From the NCBI RefSeq assembly GCF_009834535.1, contig NC_045697.1, positions 90,460,001 to 90,524,000 on the forward strand: a stretch of 64,000 nucleotides of DNA, in the 5' to 3' direction. Every line of letters begins with the position of its first letter. The stretch's first letter is position 1. Shown piece by piece: positions 25,384 to 36,769 of the stretch. The stretch is from Camelus ferus. Lineage: Eukaryota. Position numbers and translations under genes: made by a program. Below the pieces are notes generated by a model. It had not been told where the DNA came from, made no database searches, and saw only the letters and a list, made by a program, of their open reading frames with translations.

Positions 25384-26088
25384 CTATAGCAGGATATTAA
25401 GATCATGTAATCATCTTTTTTGCCTTATTTACAAGATTTGGAAAATGTTTCCTAAACATAATAGATCATGGATATCCCTCTGGAGATTCAGTTCACTTTT
25501 TAATAAATGTATTATCAACTCGTAATATAAATGTTCTACAAATAAGCCAACATTCTCCCTGCTGATGGACATACAGGTTTCTTCCTCAACATTCTGGCCA
25601 CTACTAATAATGCTATTTTAATATCTTTGTATATATATTCTTTCATAGTGATGTGCCTATTTCTAAGACAGAATTCCCAAAGCAGAGGCATCAAAATTTT
25701 AAATATATAGATAATTTAGTTTAATAGCTATTGCCACACTCTTTTTTATGAGTTTTGACAGTTTGGAACTTGTTCTGTGAATATTTTTTATCCTTGCTAA
25801 GTCAAAATAATCCTAACAAGATTGAAAAATCCTAACTGATACCCTTCTGTCTGTGTTATCACTCGAAAAGATAACAAGTAAGTTCATGCCAAGAACTTAA
25901 TGACAATGACTACTGAAACTATGAATCAAAAAAATTAAATAAGCATATACATCTTTATTCATTCACAGTAAGATGTTACTTTTTAAAATTTGCTTCTCTT
26001 GGTGATTCTAATTCATTATATTTGGTACTACTTGGCACTGTTGATTTATAAATAAATAGTATGCCTTTTATTAATCTATAATGACTAC

Positions 26089-26207
26089 TTTGTTTCTTGT
26101 CTAGTTCAAGAAAATCCTGGAGTAATCAGTCTGTGCTCTCATTGTTTCCAAAACACGTGGATCAATGAATATGCAATGGCAAGAAAAATGCCATATTCTT
26201 CACCAGG
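26089..26207 (-). pseudogene. Candidate exon remnant (phase 0>2): PGEEYGIFLAIAYSLIHVFWKQ*EHRLITPGFS*TRQET
   Basis: ctttaaaag|...|gtagtc; 119 nt; two TGA; a SINE sits about 30 nt upstream of the acceptor. Confidence 0.4.
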
Positions 26208-26239
26208 CTTTTAAAGTCTAATATGAAGCATTTGTTAAT

Positions 26240-26378
26240 TTTTTTTGGCAGGGGGTAGGTAATTAGGTTTATCTATTTCTTTGATTTTCCAGTGGAGGTA
26301 CTGGGGATTGAACCCAGGACCTCGTGCATGCTAAGCATGTGCTCTACCACTTGGGCTATACCCTACCCGCCCCTCCTT
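26240..26378 (-). mobile_element. Vic-1-type tRNA-derived SINE with perfect 14-bp TSD
   Basis: Reverse complement gggtatagcccaagtggtagagcacatgcttagcatgcacgaggtcctgggttcaatccccagtacctcc; TSD aagcatttgttaat at 26226-26239 and 26379-26392. Confidence 0.92.
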
Positions 26379-26624
26379 AAGCATTTGTTAATACAGAAAT
26401 AATTAAATATGTTATATCCTTCACTATGATTAAATCCCTCACTATGATTAAATATGTTATAAACTGATTAACTATATTATGGTACATCCATATTCTGTAA
26501 TACTATACAGTCATTCCTTCACCTGTAATGTGCCGATCCAGCCTTTGTGTGCCAGGACTGTTTCAAACACTTGAAAATATAAAAGTACTTGAAAACACAC
26601 CCAATTATAGTTGAGAGGACTGAG

Positions 26625-26810
26625 TCTGTTTCTGTTTTGTTATGTTTATTTGTTTTGTTTTTTAGACTCCACATGTAAGTGAAATCATACAGTATTTTGT
26701 CTTTGTAGGATTTATTTCACTTAGCATAATACCCTCCAGTTTCATCCATGTTGTTGCAAATGGCAAGATTTCCTTCTTTTTCTGGCTGAATAATATTCCA
26801 TTGTGGCTGA
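26625..26810 (-). mobile_element. L1 3'-region fragment
   Basis: tagactccacatgtaagtgaaatcatacagtatttt...ccatgttgttgcaaatggcaagatttcc; aattatag repeated on both flanks. Confidence 0.85.
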
Positions 26811-27291
26811 TAATTATAGCGTCTTTTAGAGCCTAATTGAGAAAAATCAGGGAAGAAGAGATTGGGTCAGGAACATATGTCTTTGTAACTCTCTCCACTT
26901 AACTTCTACACTTTCTACAACCAAGCAGTTCTGTTCTCATCTATCCCTCACCCTAAATACATAGCAGTAATTATTGCATTTATAAGTCTACATTTTTTTT
27001 TGATTACACATTAGTTTGACCTTCAAAACTGTAATTCCTCAAGGCCAGAATTTGGGGGGTTTTTTCCTACACACTCACTATGTTAAGTGGTATATTCCTT
27101 GAGCACTCACTAAATACTTGCTGATTGAACATCTGATGAGACTAGCTCTGATTTCAAGGGATGGCTTCCAAACTGAAAAAATAAAATTTCTGCCAGCACA
27201 GTGGTAACACCCTGCCTAAATAAACAGAAGTGATTTGCATTGCTTTACTCCTATGATTTATTCTGGTTTTGATCTTTTTTAATCAGCATAC

Positions 27292-27356
27292 CACTTCAAA
27301 AACATTCTTAGTGTGGCTCAGTGCAAATAACTCCAGTAGGAGATGGTAGCCTCCCT
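27292..27356 (-). pseudogene. Candidate exon remnant (phase 1>0): GGYHLLLELFALSHTKNVFEV
   Basis: ttttcatag|AGGG...AGTG|gtatgc; 65 nt, open. Confidence 0.5.
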
Positions 27357-27499
27357 CTATGAAAACCAGCCCAGCACTAAATCCTTTTTTTCCCCAGGTC
27401 CCAGTTAGATCCAAGATCAACCCAGAGTGATACAAGCCAGAGATACAAGCCAAACACAATGCCCTTCCCTCAAGAATTTTTCCTAACTGTTCTTTTTAC

Positions 27500-27830
27500 T
27501 GTCAAAAGATAAACTGAGGTGTATTAAAAATGTTTCTTTGAGCAAAAATTGAATCAAATCAGGCAGCACCAAACCAGAAGTGGTTAGGAGCATTCCATCA
27601 ACAGGAGCTCTGGCGAGATACTTCTACAAAGAAAAGGCAGAGGCAAAGTAAGGAAAGTATTGATTTGCTATAGCTTAAAGCCTATTTGGCTATTTGTGAT
27701 TGGTTTTCTTTAGGATTCAATTTCATAATCTTAAGGCATTTACAGGCTTAGATTTTTATTTGTTTATATAGGCTGCCACACCATTAAAGCCACCTCAGTC
27801 TAATGGCCTCCTTTTTTAATTAATTTAACA
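27500..27830. mobile_element. Solo ERV1-class LTR (TG...CA)
   Basis: Starts tgtcaaaagataaactgagg and ends ttaattaatttaaca; 331 bp with typical LTR text. Confidence 0.7.
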
Positions 27831-28464
27831 CTATCTTTGTTGTGTGGCTTTCAGAAGACCCCTGAATAACTGAATGGAAGGTCTAATTGTAGGGTAACTG
27901 ATCAGTAGTAGTCTTGAATGACTTTTTTACAAACCCTCACCAGATTATGAGGTAGTAGTCTGTAGGTTACAATAACTTCCTCAGTTCTTATGAATATTGA
28001 ATATGAGTTTGAGCAAAATTTGTGCTATGAGTAGCTTATAAACTATGTTTACAGCCATGAATCTGTACTGAGCTGATAAGGAGTGATTCTCCTCCTACTT
28101 TGCTACATGTATGATATTGTCATTTTACATTTACAGTGGGAATAATCAAGATTCAGGTATGCCTTGCAAACTGAAGGAATAATAAAGGAAAACATTAAGA
28201 AATAAAGTGGCTAAATATAGAAAGCCCACTAGATGAGAGGTGTTGAATATCCAATAAAGATATCCATGTGGACATGTGAGCTAATTATTCTTGGCACTGT
28301 CACACTCTCATCTCTTACTTCTGACTTCCTCTGCTACCTTCTCTCTTCAAATTGACAGAAACTATTTCCAATCTCTATCTAAGCTACATTTGTCCAATTT
28401 TCAGAGTGGTCAACACATACAGGAACCCAATTTAAAATCCTGGGCAGATGAATACTATGGAGTA

Positions 28465-28912
28465 GTGCAATCCATTAGCGCCCTTTCTTCCCAAATCCTC
28501 AGTCAGGTTCTATCGCGGTGTGCCCATGACCTGACCTCCAGCTGCAACCACCTGCAAATCTTTGCCTGAGGTCTTTCTCATACAGCAGAAGGGAAGTGCA
28601 GGGAATTAACAGCCCCTGGAAGAAGTCTCTCTCCAATGATGAATGACAATTGATGCATAAATACCCAGTTCTTTTGCCCTTTGGGATGAGAGCACTGTGA
28701 AATGTATGTTCTACGTTAGCTCTCAGTGCTCTCCAGTGGGATGAAGCTCTAGTTTTCCAAAGTGGTAACTTGCCTTTATTGGCTGCCTTCCCATCCATAT
28801 TTCACATCTTCACTTCCTTACTGATGTTTACTTGGATTACCTCTCAAATAAACTAATTGCACTCAGATCTTTGTTTCAGGGTCTGCTGCTGAGTGAACAC
28901 AAATCAAGACAT
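28465..28912. mobile_element. Old ERVL-class LTR (LTR16-like)
   Basis: Ends acctctcaaataaactaattgcactcagatctttgtttcagggtctgct...aaatcaagaca. Confidence 0.6.
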
Positions 28913-29349
28913 ATGGCAATAATAATAGTTATCATTTGTTCAGCATATGCCATGTGAGAGACACTGTTCTAAGGGCTTTATGTATGAAGCCATTTAAATG
29001 TCACTCAGTTGGATAGGTAGTTACTATTACCATTATCCCCAGTGTACAGATGGAGAAACTGGAGCACAGAGATGTTAAATACCTATCGTTTGAACCTAGT
29101 CAGCATCAGAGCATGTGCACCTATACTGTGTTGTGCTGCTCAAATGGGCCTTTGAGGAATAAGTTAAATTAAAATGAGAAAGCAATAAAATCAGAAATCC
29201 AGAAGTCACAACAATTAATTCATAAGTTCTAAGAGACTGACAGAGGAAGAACCAGCAGACTGGCTACTTGTTGAATAAGAGGTAAAGAAGAAGAGAGGAG
29301 CAAAACCTAATGCAATGACAGAGGAGGTATGTCCCCTAAATAAAAATAG

Positions 29350-31985
29350 CATTGGCTCTGGAAGATTAAAGATGGCTGCAAATGTTTTGCTACTCCTCCT
29401 AAGATGTGGAGGCTCATTTCCCTCTCCCTTGAACCTGGACTGGCCTTAGTGACTTGCTTAATCAATAGAATACATGGGAAGTAGTATTGTGATCCAGTGC
29501 TAAGTCTAAGAAGTCTTGCAGTTCTGCCTGAGTCTTTTAGGATGCTCTTCTCTGGAAATCCTGTGCTACCATGTAAGAAGTCTGACTAGCCCGAGGCTGC
29601 CATGCTGGAGAGTTACTCCGATTGACACTGTCAGCTGAGCACAACTTACCAGCCATCACTGAGAAGTCCCCAGCCATTTTGGACCCTCCAAACCTATAGT
29701 GTACAAATCTGTCCCAGGTGCAGACAATAAAAGGGGTACATTACATGTACAGAATTTTAAAACAATAATAAAATAAACAAAAAGTTGATCTGCTTTTAAT
29801 TATTAACATGAGCTACCACTTCTAAAAGATACAGTTACAAAACTTAAACACTTGAAAAAATTTTCTGTTGGCCTAATTTCTAAATTGCTACAGTTACTGT
29901 TTAGTTTTAATAATATACATGTAAACTTCAAATTAGCCTATTTATGCTACTTATCCTTTAATAAACATTGTATTCTGCATGAACGTTAATGCGGAGAACT
30001 CCTAGTTATACAGTCAACCTCCAACACATCTAGGCTCAGCAAAACATGTTTATTTCAAGCTCTCTAAAAAGGGGAAAACGTCAGTTCTTCACCTGTGTAG
30101 GGAAAAACCCAGTTCTTCCTTAGCGTGTGTTTCTTCCTTGTGTATCCTCTCGACTACTTTCCAGAATACTTCACTTCTGACACTTCTGGTCAGCAAATGT
30201 GTAGAGGTTTTTCCCCACAACAAGAAATTCTCCATACCAGCTGGGTGTTTTACAACTTAATTCTGACACTATCCACCCAGAAATAACATCAGATCCCATG
30301 TATTAGGGGTTCAGTCCTACAAGACTGCTCCCCCAACAGACATACACACACACTTCAGATGCCAGTCACAAGCCCACATTATCACCAAGCTTCCAACTAG
30401 CCAGCTATAGATCAGAGGTCCCAGTTACCCCCTCATTGGGTTCAACTAATTTGCTAGAGTGTCTCACAGAACTCAGGGAGATGCTTGCTTACATTTACCA
30501 TTCTATTAAAGGATTTGATAAAGGATACAAATGAACAGCCAGGATGAAGAGTTGGATAAGGCAGATCTAGGAGGGTCCCAAGCACAGGAGCTTCTGTCCC
30601 TGTGGAGTTGGGTGCGTCACTCTCCTGGTGCAGATGTGTTCACCAATGTTGAAGCTCCCAAACCTTCTACTACTGGGATTTTATGAAGGCTTCCTAACAT
30701 AGGCATGATCCGTTATTAACTCCATTCTAGCCCCTCTTCCCTCTCATATGGATGGAGGGAAAAATTCTAAACCTCTAATCATGGCTTGCTCTCTCTGGTG
30801 ACTAACCCCCATCTAGGAGCCACCCAGGAGCCCACCCAGAATTGCCTCATTAAAACAGGAGTTGCTCCTAGCTCTCTTATTACTTGGGATATTACAGGGA
30901 TTTTAGGACCCTGTGGTCAGAGATGAATCGAAGACCAAACTTTAAGACAACTGGTGCTCCTTGTGTTATCACTTAGGAATTTATAAGGGTTTTAGGAGAT
31001 CTCTGCAGGGAACTGGGGGCAGTAACATATATATTTTTTTTAACACTCTCTTTGTGGGTTTTGTAGAGTTGTGTGTTCTCCAATCCCTTGGGGACTACAT
31101 ATTTCTGCATTTAGATGATAGACTCGAATAAACATTGAATGATAGCACAGTAGTTGCAAAAACAAAGAAACAGAATTTACATTCCTTCAGTTCCATCATT
31201 CTATCTGACCGTTTGGAGTTTTATTTTTATTCAAAAAATTCTGAAACTGGGAAACAAGTGCAAATTGCAAAGTGTAATATTGTTAATGTTTGGTAAATGC
31301 AAATTTTAGTCCATACATGAAACATTGGCTGAATTTAAATAGTATCTCTATGTAAAATCTGTTCTTTTATTTTAATTGTTAATTATTTTAAACCTAAAGA
31401 ACAAATCAAGAAAATAAGGTGTTTTATCAATAGTACAATTTAGTAATTGCCTAAATTATATCATTTTCAAACTTCTAAGCTTTTGTAAAATTCATTTATT
31501 AATTATTGGACAATTATTTACTTAAAATATTATTATATAAGACTATACCCAAAAGTTCAAGCTAGGTAAATTAGACTGAAAAGCTATTGAATAAATAGTT
31601 GTGCTTTTTCCCTGTTTTTGTACTGTAGTATCTATTTTATATTCTTTTTGGAAAAACTGGTATGATTATTTATACAAAATTCAAGAAAAGAAGTTTTCAT
31701 TGTCTCTTTCTTTTGTGGACTTTATTATCACTTTGATTTCATGATATTACTGAAAATAAGAGAATACTAAAATGACCTGTTCTGTGCATCATGTGGACAG
31801 ACATGTCAGACCAGCTCAGGAAGCAGTTGAATATCACCAAGTGACCAACATGAACACCATGTATAAAAGAAGAATCACCTAGCCAAGCCCTAAGTAAATC
31901 TCAAAGTCATAAGATATAATAAGAGTCATTGTTCCCACCCACTGAGCTTTGGGATGGCTTAAGATAATGGCAAAAGATAACTAAA
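29350..31985. mobile_element. Nested cluster: MLT1-like LTR (about 29350-29690 and 31795-31985) split by an AT-rich DNA-transposon-like segment, itself split by an LTR
   Basis: The MLT1 5' half (agattaaagatggctgcaaat..tgctactcctc) and 3' half (aagaatcacctagccaagccc...gataactaaaa) are separated by about 2.1 kb. Confidence 0.6.
30096..31045. mobile_element. MER21-like LTR
   Basis: tgtagggaaaaa...cacttctgacacttctggtcagcaaatgtgt...ccagctgggtgt...attctgacactatc...cagtcctacaagactgc. Confidence 0.8.
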
Positions 31986-33433
31986 ATATTTACAAAGCTG
32001 AAAAAGTAGGTTTGTAAGAGGCTTCACATTACATAAAGGGTTTCACGTGGTTGTGGGTTTTTTCATGCAAAGCTTGAGTTTATTTAATTTTTTTAAATGT
32101 CATATGTAACGCTAATAAGCAGTAGTTCTCAACTGACAAAGTTCCCTGACTGATTCTGATAAACTCACTCCCCAGACCACCATATTCCAACATCCTTGAG
32201 AACTACCGAGGTAAAGGAAAGCACTCACTAAAGATGAATGGAAATGTATCATAATCTGAGAGTTTTGAGAGATCTGGATTTAATTACTTGCACCTATCAT
32301 GTGGCCAGCACTCTGACAGGCACTGAGACGTAAGAATGGGCAAGACAAGTCCCTGTCCTCATGGAGCTTATATTCTGGTAAACTGTGATAATGAATTTGC
32401 TTATGGATGTATTTTATTTCAGAGATCACTGGCATATTCAAGTGGCAGTATACAGTAGACATCCAGAAATAAAATTAACTACTAGCAGACTAAAATGAAG
32501 GTTCAGATTGTGAAATGATGCAGATTTTGGTCTATGTTTTACTCAGTGATAACACTTAAGTGAAATTTTTAACTGTGTGCCTCCTTATTAACTGAAAGTC
32601 CAACATAAGCATCAGCTACACCTGGATTCAGATGCTCAAAAAATCAGAATGTTGCTCTCCTTTTCTGTCCCTTCCAGCTGCTTTTCCTAGCGTTAACTTC
32701 TTTCCCAGGTAGGCAGCAGCCATGGCTGAGGACAGCTGTTGGTTTATGGCATTCAGAGTCCACACAGTACTTGGCACAGAGTAGGCACTCAATAAGGATT
32801 TGTTAAATGATTGAATCTCAGTTACGATCCCAGATTTTAAAAAGTGGCCCTCCCTCCCCCAGCATCCATATGAAAATACCAGATGAACTCTGATTGGTCC
32901 TGTTCTGACAATGTGTCCATACCTGGGCCAATCACTATACACAAAAAGATGGGTTTTCTTAATCTGATTCATATGTAAACAGATTAGAAGTCATCACTGT
33001 AATCCTTTGGCATGGGAAAAGCGCAGTTCTTAAAAGGTAAATATACCTAGCAAACTGATGAGAGATATTCCCTACAGTATGAACGAGAAAAATCCAGTGG
33101 CCCCAAGAATAGAGTTTAAAAAAAAAATACTCACAATAAAAGGCTAGTAAAAGAAAGGGTCAAAAAGTAAGGAATAAACCAAAAGTAAGTAATATTCTAG
33201 GAAGTAAGGAATAGAGATGGTTTCAACTAGCACAAGAGAACTCAACAAAGCCAAATCTAACACTAAGGGAGAAAAAGAACCAAGTGAGTGAAAATCCCAA
33301 AATAGTGTGACTTGCTAGATATTTTAGAAATATATAATGAACATCTACTATGTGCCAATTCTGTACTAGGGACTAGAAATGTATTGGTATCTTCTTGTGG
33401 TTTACGGTCTCTTTGGGGATATAAAGAAGCAAC

Positions 33434-33550
33434 CTGGCAGATACAGGATGAGAGCTCTGTCTATGGAAAGCACTTGTGGCAGGAAGCACAGGACCACTGC
33501 CACAGCGCCTACAGCGTATTCTTTCAGACGTTCACTCTTGACTCTTGATC
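33434..33550 (-). pseudogene. Candidate exon remnant (phase 1>1): SRVKSERLKEYAVGAVAVVLCFLPQVLSIDRALILYLP
   Basis: Open for 38 codons with locally retained CpGs; donor CCAG|gttgct; acceptor degenerate (ttttatg). Confidence 0.4.
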
Positions 33551-33879
33551 CATAAAACCAATCAATCAATAATCAAAAGAGTAAATGAAAATAGAAATAA
33601 AATATAAGTGTTACGTTATATTTCTACTAGTGTAAAACTGTCCTAAACTGCTATGGATGGCCATTACTATGTATCCATCTGATATAAACATGGAAAGTGG
33701 CTTGCAAACTGCTATTATCAACTCCATGGTCCAAAGGATATGTTTACAGTCACATACATATCCCAAAATATTATGAGGTTGCCCAAAAGATGTGCTTTCA
33801 TATTTTAACTATAAGCAGTGTGAGGTTCTCTGAATATTAGAATTAATGTAGCATGGTTAATAAAATTATCTCTAAGAAA

Positions 33880-35650
33880 TCAAAGACATAAATAAGTGGA
33901 GGGTATGCTGTGTCCATGTATTAGAAGACTCAACATAGCAGAGATGTCAGTTCTCCCCAAATTGATTTATGGATGTAATGCAAATCCTATTGAAATCCCA
34001 CCAAGGTTTTTTATACACACAGACAAGCTTGTTCTAAAATTTATATGGAAAGGCACAGAGCCTAGACCAGCTAAAGCATCTTGAAAAACAGTAATAAAGT
34101 GGGAGGAATCGTTGTACCCAATGTTAAAGTTTACTGTATAACTATGGTAATCAAGACAGTGTGGTATTGGCAGAGAGATAGGATCATAAATCTATGCGAG
34201 AGAGGAGAGAAGCCAGAAATAAACCCACACAAATATGCAGAGCTGATTTTGACAAAGGTGCAAAATTAATTCAATGGAAGAAAAGATGGTGTTTTAAGCA
34301 AACAGTGCTGAAGCAATTGGACATCCGTATGCACAAAAGTGAACTTAAACCCAAACGCACAATGTCCACAAAAATTAAAGCAAAATGGATCATACACTTA
34401 AATGTAAAACCTAAAACTATAAAACTCTAGAAAATAAAAATGTAGGAGAAAATCTTTATGATCTAGGGTGAGTCAAGGAGTTTTTACACTTGACACCAAA
34501 AGCACAATCCATGAAAGATTAAATTGATAAATAGCTACAGACCATGTGAAAAGGATGAAAGGACAAGCAACAGGCTGGGAGAACGTATCTGCAAACCACG
34601 TATCTGAAGAAGGACGTGTATCTAGACTGTATGAAAAACTCTCAAAACTCAATGGTATAAAAAATACAATTAGAAAATGGGCAAAAGACATGAAAATACA
34701 TTTCACTAAAGGAGATATGCAGATGGATAAGCACATGAGAAGATGTTCCACATCATTAAGCATTAGGGAAATGCAAATTATACCAATAAGATAGTCTACA
34801 CAACTATCAGGATGGCAGAAACAAAAAAATAGTGACAAAACTAAATGCTGACAAGGACTCATAGAAACTGGATCATTCCTACATTTTTGGAAGGAATGTA
34901 AAATGGTACAGACACTCTGGAAAACAGTTTAGCAGTTTCTTTAAAAACTAGACATGCAACTATGTGACATAGTGTGTACTCTTGGGCATTTATCAGGGAG
35001 AAATGAAAACATATGTTCATAGAAAAATTTGTACATGGATATTTATAGCAGCTTTGCTCGTAAAAGCCCAAAACTGAAAACCACCCAGATGTCTTTCAAC
35101 AGATGAATGTTTAAACATTCATACTGTGAAATACTACTCAGCAATAAAAAGGAATGAACTATTAGCACACACAGCAATGGATGAATCTCCAAGGAATTAT
35201 GCTGAGAAAAAAAAAGTTAATCCTCAAAGATTATATACTGTATGATCCAGTTTATATAACATTCTTAAAACAACAACATTTTAGAAATGGAGAACAGATT
35301 TTGTGGTTGTCAAAGATTTGGAATGGGGGAGGTAGATGTTCTAACAAGGCAACACAAGGGATCCTTGAGTTAACAGAACTAGTTTTTAAAAATTTTTATC
35401 TTTAGTATGGATACACAAACCTACATATGTGATAGTAAATTACGTACATAAATTCAAATATAAACAGGTACATGCAAGTGAAAGTAAATTGGAATAGGTC
35501 TGTGGATTACTTGTAATACTATACTATAGTTTTGCAAGATGTTGCCATTAGGGAAAACTGGGCAAAGGATACATAGCATCTCTCTGTATTATTTCTTACA
35601 ACTGCATCTGCATCTTCAATTATTTCAAAATAAGAAGCTTAATTTTAAAA
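33880..35650 (+). mobile_element. Old L1 (L1MC/MD-like): ORF2 3' half plus 3' UTR
   Basis: Degenerate ORF2 peptides (IRRLNIAEMSVLPKLIY, VIKTVWYWQRDR, IRKWAKDM..HFTK); 3' end ttatttcttacaactgcat. Confidence 0.9.
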
Positions 35651-36043
35651 AATTATCTCTACATTTTAGTCATCAAAATAATTCAATCCACTGATACTAA
35701 CTCTTAACCCAAAAGAGCTCTCACGAAGTTGGGTCAAGGATCCCAGGTCTCACTTTGTCCAGCCCTGGTTGCTGCATTATGCAGCATTATGTTATATGAT
35801 TACAATCAAAAGAATTAGAATCACCTTGGTTGGACTGTATGTTGCCAAGTGGGGAGCACGAGGAACAGAAGGGCAAAAGAAAAAGTGGCATCTTCTCTTA
35901 AGAGAAGCCTGTGTTTGCTACCTCACAAATGATCCACAAGCAAGTCAAAAATTAAAGACAGAATAGGTGGGTGTCTGCAGCCTATTCACAAAAGAAAGAG
36001 AAAGAAACCAATCCAGAAGAAAGCAATCAGTTGTGTTGTTCAC

Positions 36044-36154
36044 CACAATGAAAAGCCATCACTGGTTTGAATGACCTGGGCCAGGAAACTGTTGTTCCTG
36101 CTGCCCATGCAGCCAACTTGGATAAACAAAGAATGAAGGAGAATCCTGCTGTCT
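36044..36154 (-). pseudogene. Possible exon remnant (phase 1>1): TAGFSFILCLSKLAAWAAGTTVSWPRSFKPVMAFHC
   Basis: ttttcttaag|...G|gtgaac; open; symmetric phase, so the chain does not require it. Confidence 0.25.
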
Positions 36155-36769
36155 CTTAAGAAAATAGTGCAATTCCCTCTTTAGCACAATGCCAACAAAA
36201 CCACCATTTTACAGATAAAGGAACCTGCAGGCAGAAGTGGAAAGTGAATTGCCAGCATCTGAGAGTTAGCAAACGACAAAGCCAGGATTCAAAACCAAGT
36301 TTTCCATTTCCGAAGCCAGTATTCCTTCCAAGACTAGCTATACCATGGCTGCTATGGCTATAGACAGTCTTTGGCTAATAATTATACAGAGCATTTCAAC
36401 TGGCAGAAGAGTTGTGTGGTTAAATTGAACATTCTCACCTTTCATCATGTAGATTTTGAATATTAGTTTGAAGAGATAAACCTTTTGAGTTCATATGTAG
36501 AAAAATTTTGTTGCATGTGAATATTTCATTTTATTAATAACATATTAAATGCTTTCAAGTACACTTGATCCTCACACAATCCTATAAAATAGGTAGGCCT
36601 GGATTTGTTATAACCATTTATTAAAATGAGAAAATTGGGGCTCAGTGAGGCTAAGTGGCTTGCCAAAGATGACATCGTTTTATGTTAGACAGTGAAGCTG
36701 GAACAAGAACACATTTTCTATCTGCTGGTTTCTTACACCTCTTTTTCTATGTTATTAATTTTCTTTTAC

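Noticed and set aside
26290..26365. tRNA-like sequence with A and B boxes (also at about 18670-18740)
   Set aside because: Has a SINE tail and TSD, so it is a tRNA-derived SINE and not a tRNA gene.
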